Source: an uncultured Chloroflexia bacterium
Lineage (GTDB): Bacteria; Chloroflexota; Anaerolineae; Anaerolineales; Anaerolineaceae
Reading direction: 5' to 3'
Assembly (NCBI GenBank): GCA_963704755.1
Contig: OY969938.1
Span: forward strand, 1,800,001-1,832,000
Length of the DNA: 32,000 nt
Shown: positions 21,473 through 28,953 of the stretch, in pieces
How positions within the stretch are numbered: position 1 is the first letter of the stretch
Layout: every line of letters begins with the position of its first letter
The notes under the pieces: model-generated
Seen by the model: the letters and a program-made list of their open reading frames with translations, nothing else
Database searches by the model: none
Told to the model about the DNA's origin: nothing
Made by a program: the position numbers and the translations under genes

Positions 21473-21598
21473 AATGAAGGGATTCTACGGATAGTTAATC
21501 ACTGGCCGGAAAAGTATGCTGGAAACAACTTTGGTCAAGGCTTCAGGCCTTCCAAAATATTTCGCCAGAAGAAGTAAGAAGTCAAAAGGAGATAGGAT

Positions 21599-22780
21599 AT
21601 GCAAATCAAAAAATTGCTACCGGCACTTATGGTAGTGTTCACCCTCGCACTGGCCGCTTGTAGTACACCGGCCGCCACCTCAACCTCCATCGGTGGGGGA
21701 ACCTTACCAGCCTCGACAAGCGTGGGGACCATGGAAAGCACTCTGCCTGAAACGACCACGGTCGGCACCGAACCCTCCATGACAGGTACGGTAGGCACAC
21801 CCTCTGGGACAGAAGTACTTCCTCCAACCGGTTCCACCGACCCGGGCAGAGTATCGAATATGCTTCAATTCGGAGTCTACAACCAGAACAACGAACAGAT
21901 CGGCAACGTCGATGATCTGGTCGTGGACTTCAACCTGGCCAGCTTAAGCTACGTGATCGTCAAGAACACCAGTGGCGCTCTCATCCCGGTTCCTTGGGAT
22001 GCGCTCACCCTGGTAACCGGCGGAGCTGAAACTCAAACCACGAATGGTTCGGCCAACACCTTTGTTCTGAACGTGGATCAAAGCGTATTCGATGGTGCGC
22101 CAACAATCGATTTGAGCATCTTCCCACAATTCGGCGCAGAAGCCGGCAATTGGGACTCGGATATCAGCGCTTATTGGCAAAGTAACATGAGCGGCACCGG
22201 AACGACCACCCCGGAGACAACTCCAATGTCCACGGAGATGTCGACGGAAGCTCCTACCGAGATGTCAACCGGAGCCTCGACTGAAATGCCGACCGAGATG
22301 CCAACTGAGATGGCTACGTTACCGGCAACTGAAGCGGCTACCATGCCTTCCTCGACCGAAGTAGCCACCATGCCCTCGTCCACTGAAGTGGGCACCATGC
22401 CCGCCAGTACCGGTACGGGCGCACCCGCCCAAACTGGCCTCGTCGGTGTGGCTCTAGCCTCGCAATTGATCGGGCAAAGCATCCAACTCCCGGGTGCAAA
22501 CCTGACCCTTTCGGTTAGCGATATCATCGTAGATGTCCAGACGGGCGCGATCCAGTACCTGGTGATCTCCCTCACCGTCGGTGGTGGCACTGCCAGCCTG
22601 GTTCCGGTCCCGTTGAAAGACTTCAGTTGGGACACTTCTACCTCCAGCCTGTCGCTGTCGCTTAGCGCCTCCGACCTGCAATCAGCGCCCAGCTTTAGCC
22701 CAGACGCGTTCCCGAATACGCAACAACCCGGTTGGGATTCAAGTTTCGGTTCCTACTGGTCGAGCTTGCCCACCTCGTGA
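21599..22780 (+). CDS. Lipoprotein with two PRC-barrel-like domains and Thr/Glu/Met/Pro-rich low-complexity linkers
   Basis: AAAAGGAG RBS. Signal peptide with lipobox LAAC. PRC-barrel-like segments FGVYNQNNEQIGNVDDLVVDF...YVIV and LIGQSIQL...VSDIIVDVQTGAIQYLVISL. Central repeats TEMSTEAPTEMSTGASTEMPTEMPTEMA... and ATMPSSTEV x2. Confidence 0.7.
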   Translation: MQIKKLLPALMVVFTLALAACSTPAATSTSIGGGTLPASTSVGTMESTLPETTTVGTEPSMTGTVGTPSGTEVLPPTGSTDPGRVSNMLQFGVYNQNNEQIGNVDDLVVDFNLASLSYVIVKNTSGALIPVPWDALTLVTGGAETQTTNGSANTFVLNVDQSVFDGAPTIDLSIFPQFGAEAGNWDSDISAYWQSNMSGTGTTTPETTPMSTEMSTEAPTEMSTGASTEMPTEMPTEMATLPATEAATMPSSTEVATMPSSTEVGTMPASTGTGAPAQTGLVGVALASQLIGQSIQLPGANLTLSVSDIIVDVQTGAIQYLVISLTVGGGTASLVPVPLKDFSWDTSTSSLSLSLSASDLQSAPSFSPDAFPNTQQPGWDSSFGSYWSSLPTS

Positions 22781-22821
22781 GCGAAATAACTTCGCGGGGC
22801 AGTCCATAAGCCCCTAATCGA

Positions 22822-22860
22822 AGCCCTCCTGGATGAAAAATTCCAGGAGGGCTTTTTTTC
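22822..22860 (+). terminator. Canonical rho-independent terminator
   Basis: AGCCCTCCTGGA (22822-22833), an 8-nt loop, TCCAGGAGGGCT (22842-22853), then seven T (22853-22859). Confidence 0.85.
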
Positions 22861-22917
22861 GCAAATAATGCAGAACATTTTTTGCCGCTTTGGCGCAAAA
22901 AATTATCACCCCCTGGA

Positions 22918-23592
22918 TTAACTCTCTATCGGGGCGGCGGTGATGAAAAACAGCCCCCAGTCCAAACGGCCATCCCCTTCCAGGCAGGTTTGCAAGATCA
23001 GGTGCGGATCGCCGTGATAATACAATCCAAAAACTTCGGCGGCGGTCAGCTTTTCTTGTGTCTCAAGGTCGATAAAATCGCTGTTCAGGTCGCCGGGATC
23101 CAGCTTTTGGTATCGGTGGACACTGGAAATCTTGTAGTCGCGGGTAGAGTTATCGCCGTAAGTCACCTGGATGACCTGGCCCACGCTCAGGTCGTAAAAT
23201 TTCTTCCCGGCCAGATAGTCATGCGCCAGCAAGCCGGTCACGCCATTTTGGCTGGCTAGCTGGAATTGGGTAACCAGATCGCGTTTATTGGAGACGTAAA
23301 TCGCATCATCCTGCGGCTGCTGGACGACCGGCAAACTGAATGCACCCGGTACATCGATCCACATAGCGGTTTGTACCGCCACAACCTGGGGGCCGGGAGC
23401 AACCCATTGATGCACACTTGCGTCGATCTTGCGTGCCGCGTGGGTGCCCAACGCCCGGGTGGGACTCTTCCCAGAAGGCTGTATGCTTTCTTTATTAAGT
23501 TGATAACTGGCTGCAGCGGGTGCGACCAAAAACGAGAAAAATGCCAGGATAAGCAGCGATAGCGAGCTTTTATAGGATGGTGCAATCTGCAT
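22918..23592 (-). CDS. Sortase-like transpeptidase-fold protein with N-terminal membrane anchor or signal
   Basis: 224-aa ORF. The N-terminal hydrophobic segment is LSLLILAFFSFLVAPAAA. The sortase-like order of motifs is LLAHDYLAGKKFYDL..GQVIQV....R.YKI (His region), then LILQTC (TLxTC-type Cys), then a downstream Arg (GRLDWGLFFITA). Judged by eye only. Confidence 0.5.
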   Translation of the reverse strand: MQIAPSYKSSLSLLILAFFSFLVAPAAASYQLNKESIQPSGKSPTRALGTHAARKIDASVHQWVAPGPQVVAVQTAMWIDVPGAFSLPVVQQPQDDAIYVSNKRDLVTQFQLASQNGVTGLLAHDYLAGKKFYDLSVGQVIQVTYGDNSTRDYKISSVHRYQKLDPGDLNSDFIDLETQEKLTAAEVFGLYYHGDPHLILQTCLEGDGRLDWGLFFITAAPIES

Positions 23593-24024
23593 CGACGATT
23601 ATTCTTTTCTTTCTAGTAATCATTCAAGCCCACAGTAAAGAACTTCTTAAATTGGGTATCCCTACTCATCGGGCGAGGCAGTTACTCTTTCTATTGAAAA
23701 ACGAATCAAGAGCTATAGGACCAGAGATATTTTAGCAATTGAGCAGCGCGAGTCCCACAACGCAAACCATACGGTTTACCTCCGATTTACCATCGCAAAA
23801 CCGATGACAGACCAAAAAAGTATTTATTTCTTCACAAGCCGCTGTTTGGATCTCCAGAATTAGGTTTATAACAAAGGTGATCACTCTGCAGGGCGGCTAT
23901 TCAAATAAACTGGCCTATTTCTGGCCCAAAATATGGTAAATTATGATAACAACTTGGGGTCGTTTGCCAGTTACAATTTGATTTCCTGTTTTCGGCACAC
24001 CGCAAGAGATGGAAAGGTTTTCCT

Positions 24025-25419
24025 ATGGCGACCAGAGAACCGCTAAAAACGTATCAGCTCAAGATAACGTTAGATTCGATCAAGCCACTCATCTGGCGGC
24101 GCATTCTGGTCACTGAGAAAATTACTCTGTTTGACCTGCACGAATTGATCCAGGCCTCCTTTGGCTGGATGGACTATCACCTACACGAATACAAAATTCG
24201 CAACACATCCTATGGCGATCCGCAAGACGACGAAAGCGGACTGCATCCCATCCTCAACGAGACCCGCTACTCCCTTAAAAAGCTCCAACTGGCCGAAGGC
24301 GACCGGTTTACCTATGTTTATGACTTTGGGGACGATTGGTACCATACCATAGAAGTCGAAAAGATCGCTCCACGTGAAAAAAATCAGCGCTTACCCGTCT
24401 GCCTGGCCGGTAAGCGCGCCTGCCCGCCTGAGGATGTGGGCGGCTTTATAGGGTATGAAATGTTTCTCAAAGCAATCCAAGACCCTGAAAATCCGGAGCG
24501 TGAAGCCTACCTGGAATGGGTTGGCGGGGCATTTGATCCGGACGAATTTGACCTGCAAATTATCAACGATATGATCGAGCAAATTCACCAACACACCGGT
24601 TTTGACGCTCCCGACGATGACGATTTGCTGCGAGAAAAAACCCGCTCGGTAATTAACGACCCGGGTCGCCTGGGCATCCTCCAGACCAGTGAAAACCGGG
24701 CCGCGGCCGAAGCGCTGCCCCTGCGAAAAGATGTGATTGCGCTGATTACTTACATACGCGACCATAAAGTCACCGGCACCCAGTCCACCGGCAACTTCCC
24801 TCGTAAAGCCATTTACGCCATCGCCCCTTTGTTGAACAACCCGCCAGTTCTGGACAATGTTTTTAACGAGGTTGTGATCAGTTTCACCAACGAATATGAG
24901 GTCTGGCCGGTCTTTTTTTTGCACGTCCTGTGCGAAGTGAGCGGCCTGATCCGTGGCGGGCGCAGCCGTCTATGGCGTTTGACCGAAAACGGCCAGGAGT
25001 TCCTGGCCGCCTCGCCTGTGACCCAGGTCTGGACACTGCTGGTTTTCTGGTGGTTCCGGGTCAACTGGCTCATCGCTTCACCGTACAACCTCTTCGGTGA
25101 AAATATGCCCGAAAACTTTATTTCGGATCTGCTGGCATTGCTGCAGGAAATCAAACCGGGCATGCAGGTTAAAATCGACCCGTTTGTCAACCGGCTAAAA
25201 AACAACACCGGTTGGGAACAATCCCAGTCCAGGGCATATTACTCCGCTGAGCAATACAAAGATGTGATCGAAGACATTGTCATTAACCCCTTAGAAAGTT
25301 TCGGCATACTGGAAATCCAATGCCGGCAGCAAATAAAATTCGGCCACACATTCGATTTGATAAGCAGTTTCCAAATCACCCCCTTTGGCCAGGCGTTAAT
25401 CCAGGCTTTGGTGCCCTAA
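24025..25419 (+). CDS. Plasmid pRiA4b ORF-3 family (MM3350-like domain) protein with a long uncharacterised C-terminal region
   Basis: The N-terminal ~130 aa carry the family hallmark YQLKITLDSIKPLIWRRILV....TLFDLHELIQASFGWMDYHLHEY....YVYDFGDDWYHTIEVEKI. The remaining ~330 aa are unassigned. Confidence 0.85.
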   Translation: MATREPLKTYQLKITLDSIKPLIWRRILVTEKITLFDLHELIQASFGWMDYHLHEYKIRNTSYGDPQDDESGLHPILNETRYSLKKLQLAEGDRFTYVYDFGDDWYHTIEVEKIAPREKNQRLPVCLAGKRACPPEDVGGFIGYEMFLKAIQDPENPEREAYLEWVGGAFDPDEFDLQIINDMIEQIHQHTGFDAPDDDDLLREKTRSVINDPGRLGILQTSENRAAAEALPLRKDVIALITYIRDHKVTGTQSTGNFPRKAIYAIAPLLNNPPVLDNVFNEVVISFTNEYEVWPVFFLHVLCEVSGLIRGGRSRLWRLTENGQEFLAASPVTQVWTLLVFWWFRVNWLIASPYNLFGENMPENFISDLLALLQEIKPGMQVKIDPFVNRLKNNTGWEQSQSRAYYSAEQYKDVIEDIVINPLESFGILEIQCRQQIKFGHTFDLISSFQITPFGQALIQALVP

Positions 25420-25491
25420 ATTTTTTCGTATTCCTCCCACAGGTGTAACGGCGCAACCGGATGAGTAAAAACCGAATTATCTTCGGGCGGT

Positions 25492-25523
25492 AAAAAGGAC
25501 CGTCAAATTTACCAGTCCTTTTT
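25492..25523 (+). terminator. Probable intrinsic terminator after the pRiA4b ORF-3 family gene
   Basis: AAAAAGGAC (25492-25500) pairs with GTCCTTTTT (25515-25523), running into TTTTTCC. Confidence 0.45.
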
Positions 25524-25648
25524 CCGTGTATCTATTATCAGAAAGGCACGTAAAATTCATCCCACACAAAGGTTTCCCGATTAAAATTTACGAAAACGAT
25601 CTCTCTTCCTTAGGTTGGTATCCAAATTGCACCGCAATACTTCATCCA

Positions 25649-27787
25649 ATGAGGCCGAATTTGAAAAAGATTATCCAGATCTTCAGTCTGGTTTTACTTC
25701 TGGCTATTTCAACATCTCCTGTTTCTGCCGCGGTCACGCAACAGCAGATTTCTGGAAATGAAACCTTATATTTGCCGGTTATCTCGGTCGAGATCCCGCC
25801 GCCCGTCTCGATTGGGCCTTTCGGGGGCAGTATCGTCTGTATCAGTTACCAGCCCCTGGTCCAGGGCCTGGTCTTTGCCGGGACGTGGGGCAGCGGCGTG
25901 TACAAGAGCACGGACGGCGGGGTCCATTGGATGTCGATCAGCGCCGGGCTGGATAACCTGTACATCAATTCAATGGCGACGGACCCATCCAACGCCAACG
26001 TGGTGTACGCCGGCACATACACCAAGGGAATTTACAAGTCGGTGAATGGGGGCTTGTCATGGACGGCCATCAACAGCGGAATCTACGATACGGCCATCGT
26101 GTACACCATCGCCGTGGATCCGCATGACTCCAATAAGTTATATGTTGGCACCCGCCCTGATAAGGATGCCTCACCCTGGGGAAGCATCGCATACCGCAGC
26201 ACGAACGGGGGCGCCAGTTGGTCGGCCATGCTGAGCAATGTCGGCGGCAGCAGCGCCCAGGACTGGATCTATTCCATCGCGGTCAACCAGGTCGATTCGA
26301 ACCGGGTTTTAGCCGCCAGCCACGAACACGGCCCCTATCTCAGCACGGATTATGGCCAGACCTGGCAATCGGTAGCCGGCAGCATAGACGGCTCGGGCCG
26401 GGCCGTGGTCTTCGACCCGCGCTTTGGTTCACCGTTTACCGCTTTTTATGGCGTCTGGCACCTCAATGGGGTCTATAAGACCAGTAACAGTGCGGCCAAC
26501 TGGTCTCAATATTCCAACGGGCTGGGCGACGCCAAAATTTACAGCATGGGGCTGTCTATCTCCAAAACCAACCCCAACGTGTTGTACGCCGCCTCATTCT
26601 ACAGCACCTACGGGTTATATAAAACCAATAATGCGGCCTCTAACTGGTCACCGGCCGGCTTCAAAGGCATGGACATTTATAGCGTGGCGATCAGCCCCCA
26701 AACAACGGACGAGGTGCTGGTCGGCTCGGTCGGTAAAGGCCTGTATCGCTCCACCGACGGCGGCCAAAACTGGACCTCGGAAAACCAGAACGTCAGCAAT
26801 ACCGACGTGACGGCTGTCCTATCCCACGCTGGCTCCCCGGGCGAGCTGGTTGCATCCGTACCCGGGCAGGGTGTTTTGCACACCACCGACACAGGCGCTA
26901 CCTGGGACACCGCCAACAGTGGGCTGGGCGATCTACAGGTCAACAATCTGACCTCCGATCCGTCTGACCCGGATATTCTCTACGCCCTGACGGCCAGCGA
27001 TGGGCTCTACTCGGCCACCTGGTCTGGCGGGCTAAGCTGGACCCTGGTCTCGGCGGCCTATACCGCTTCGACCTCCTCCGTGCAGGTCAACGCCGTGCCG
27101 GATTTGTTCGCCCCGGTCCAGGACCCGGCCATGGAACCCAACCCGAATCCCGAAACCCAGGCCGTTCCACCTGTTTCAGCCGCGCTGTTGACGATGAACT
27201 TTGCCCCATCCGACAGTTCCGTCGTCTATCTGGACGGGGTCAGCACCGGCATCTATAAATCCACCGATGGCGGCCAGCAGTGGAGCCAGGCCGGGCTGGA
27301 CGGGCAGACGGTCCAATCCCTGGTGGTCGATCCGGATGATCCAGACCGGGTTTATGCGGCTACCAACGCCTCCGGCGCCTCCGTTCAGGCCAGCAATGAC
27401 GGTGGCGCGACCTGGTCTTCCAGCGGGCTGAGTGGAGTAACCGTCTCGGCCCTGGCCATGTCCCCTCTGAACACCCGAACCCTATACGCTGCCACAACCG
27501 ATGGGATTTACCGGTTAGACCGCGATTCAGACACCTGGTCTCCTTCCGGCCTGAATGGCCAGATCGTCACCGCCCTGGGCCTTTCCCCGACGCGCCCGTC
27601 CTTCCTGTTGGCCGGCACCCAGAACGGCTTATACCAGAGCAATGACGGCGGCCAGACCTGGTCGGTTTACTCCACTGAACTTAGCAGCGTTACCGTCCGG
27701 TCCATTGTTTTCGACACGGCCCAACCCGGGACCGTTTACATCTGCACGACCACACAGGGTATCATCAAAATTGGGGTATATTCATAG
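25649..27787 (+). CDS. Secreted BNR/Asp-box repeat beta-propeller protein (Ycf48/sialidase-like repeats)
   Basis: About a dozen S/T-x-D/N-x-G-x-x-W Asp-boxes (YKSTDGGVHW, YKSVNGGLSW, YRSTNGGASW, LSTDYGQTW, YRSTDGGQNW, HTTDTGATW, YKSTDGGQQW, ASNDGGATW, YQSNDGGQTW and others). ATG at 25649 gives a signal peptide MRPNLKKIIQIFSLVLLLAISTSPVSA. The ORF-track GTG at 25526 would add 41 non-signal residues. Confidence 0.8.
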   Translation: MRPNLKKIIQIFSLVLLLAISTSPVSAAVTQQQISGNETLYLPVISVEIPPPVSIGPFGGSIVCISYQPLVQGLVFAGTWGSGVYKSTDGGVHWMSISAGLDNLYINSMATDPSNANVVYAGTYTKGIYKSVNGGLSWTAINSGIYDTAIVYTIAVDPHDSNKLYVGTRPDKDASPWGSIAYRSTNGGASWSAMLSNVGGSSAQDWIYSIAVNQVDSNRVLAASHEHGPYLSTDYGQTWQSVAGSIDGSGRAVVFDPRFGSPFTAFYGVWHLNGVYKTSNSAANWSQYSNGLGDAKIYSMGLSISKTNPNVLYAASFYSTYGLYKTNNAASNWSPAGFKGMDIYSVAISPQTTDEVLVGSVGKGLYRSTDGGQNWTSENQNVSNTDVTAVLSHAGSPGELVASVPGQGVLHTTDTGATWDTANSGLGDLQVNNLTSDPSDPDILYALTASDGLYSATWSGGLSWTLVSAAYTASTSSVQVNAVPDLFAPVQDPAMEPNPNPETQAVPPVSAALLTMNFAPSDSSVVYLDGVSTGIYKSTDGGQQWSQAGLDGQTVQSLVVDPDDPDRVYAATNASGASVQASNDGGATWSSSGLSGVTVSALAMSPLNTRTLYAATTDGIYRLDRDSDTWSPSGLNGQIVTALGLSPTRPSFLLAGTQNGLYQSNDGGQTWSVYSTELSSVTVRSIVFDTAQPGTVYICTTTQGIIKIGVYS

Positions 27788-27834
27788 ATTCCTTTCGAAC
27801 CATTGATGCCGGGCGTTTCCCAAAAGAAAAGTTT

Positions 27835-27875
27835 TGCTGTATTTTGATGGAGCTTCACTCCATCAAAATACAGCA
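27835..27875. repeat. Perfect 18-bp-stem palindrome H4
   Basis: TGCTGTATTTTGATGGAG (27835-27852), a 5-nt loop CTTCA, then CTCCATCAAAATACAGCA (27858-27875). Confidence 0.8.
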
Positions 27876-27954
27876 ATTAATATCTTCAAACAGGTTGAAA
27901 TCCTTTCCGTCTGATACAATTTATTAAAACAGAAGCAAACTGGAGAGGAATACC

Positions 27955-28752
27955 ATGTCCATTTCACTCTTTCAAGTCGATTCATTCACCGATCAGGCCT
28001 TTGGCGGCAACCCGGCCGGGGTATGCCTGCTGGATGAGGTGCATCCGGATGCCTGGATGGCCGGCGTGGCCCGTGAGATGAACCTGTCCGAGACTGCTTT
28101 TTTGCTGCCGGAAGGCGAAGGATACCGCCTGCGCTGGTTCACCCCCAAGGTTGAAGTGACCTTATGTGGCCACGCGACCCTGGCCAGCGCACACATTTTG
28201 TGGGAGCAAGGCATTCTGGCCCCGGACGCCGGAGCGACATTTGAGACGCTTTCCGGCCGCCTGCGTGCCCACCGCCTCGATGGCGGTTGGATCGCCCTGG
28301 ATTTCCCCACCCGTCCGGTCGAGCCGGTGACCGCGCCGGAAGGGCTGCTGAAAATGCTGGGGATCAATTCCCCGGTTTTCGTTGGCCGTTACAAGGAAGA
28401 TTACCTGATCGAGCTGGCCGAGGAAAACCAGGTGCGCGATGCCCAACCTGACTTCCAGGGATTATTGAAAGTAAAGACGCGCGGTGTGGTCCTTACAGCC
28501 GCTTCTTCCACCCCACAGTTTGATTTTGTCTCGCGCTTTTTCGCCCCGGCCGTGGGTGTCAATGAAGACCCGGTGACCGGGTCGGCCCATTGCGCGCTAA
28601 CCCCCTACTGGTCGGCCAAACTCGGCAAGCCGGTCCTCGACGCCTACCAGGCCTCCGAACGCGGCGGCGTCCTGCGCGTCCGCGCACTGGGTGAGCGGGT
28701 TTCTATCGAAGGCCAGGCTACGACGATATTTGAGGCTAAATTACTTATTTGA
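27955..28752 (+). CDS. PhzF-family (phenazine biosynthesis-like) isomerase/epimerase-fold protein
   Basis: FQVDSFTDQAFGGNPAGVC...EMNLSETAFL......LRWFTP..EV.LCGHATLASAH is the PhzF-family hallmark. GGAGAGG lies 7 nt upstream of the ATG. A possible extended -10 TGATACAAT is at 27912-27920. Confidence 0.9.
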   Translation: MSISLFQVDSFTDQAFGGNPAGVCLLDEVHPDAWMAGVAREMNLSETAFLLPEGEGYRLRWFTPKVEVTLCGHATLASAHILWEQGILAPDAGATFETLSGRLRAHRLDGGWIALDFPTRPVEPVTAPEGLLKMLGINSPVFVGRYKEDYLIELAEENQVRDAQPDFQGLLKVKTRGVVLTAASSTPQFDFVSRFFAPAVGVNEDPVTGSAHCALTPYWSAKLGKPVLDAYQASERGGVLRVRALGERVSIEGQATTIFEAKLLI

Positions 28753-28821
28753 GCCTAATTTTCCGCGCTGACGCGCCTCTTTACAAAAATAACGCCTCGT
28801 AGCCTCCCAGAAATTCGCTAA

Positions 28822-28953
28822 CGTGCTCGCTAATTGCGCCGTCCGCAGACTGCCGCCGAGAAAATTATTTGGAGCGATTTGCGTAACCGGCAAATCGAGG
28901 GCAAGAAATTCCGCCGCCAGCACCCGATTGGGCCATATATCGTCGATTTTTAC
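28822..28953 (+). pseudogene. DUF559 (Vsr-like endonuclease domain) gene remnant: N-terminal part only, with in-frame stops
   Basis: The frame reads RAR*LRRPQTAAEKIIWSDLRNRQIEGKKFRRQHPIGPYIVDFY. This is the conserved DUF559 N-terminus (AR.LR...T.AE..LW..LRNRQ..G.KFRRQHPIGPYIVDF). TAA stops occur at 28819-28821 and 28831-28833. Similarity ends at 28953, one base before the stop of the convergent dnaC-like gene. Confidence 0.65.

Noticed and set aside
22766-22777. C-terminal ...SLPTS of the lipoprotein as a sortase sorting signal for the neighbouring sortase-like protein.
   Set aside because: It is not LPXTG. It sits at the extreme C-terminus, without the required hydrophobic segment and positively charged tail.
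25526-25648. GTG at 25526 as the start of the BNR-repeat protein.
   Set aside because: It would place 41 non-hydrophobic residues ahead of a classical signal peptide. ATG at 25649 gives MRPNLKK plus a hydrophobic core plus VSA-A, although no strong RBS is visible for either start.
12594-27875. Interpreting palindromes H1-H4 as ordinary rho-independent terminators.
   Set aside because: In H1-H3 the T-run lies 5-prime and the A-run 3-prime of the GC core on both strands, so no hairpin-plus-U-tract exists in either direction. The stems (18-26 bp) are far longer than typical terminators. H4 lacks a T-tract. A genuine terminator for comparison is at 22822-22860.
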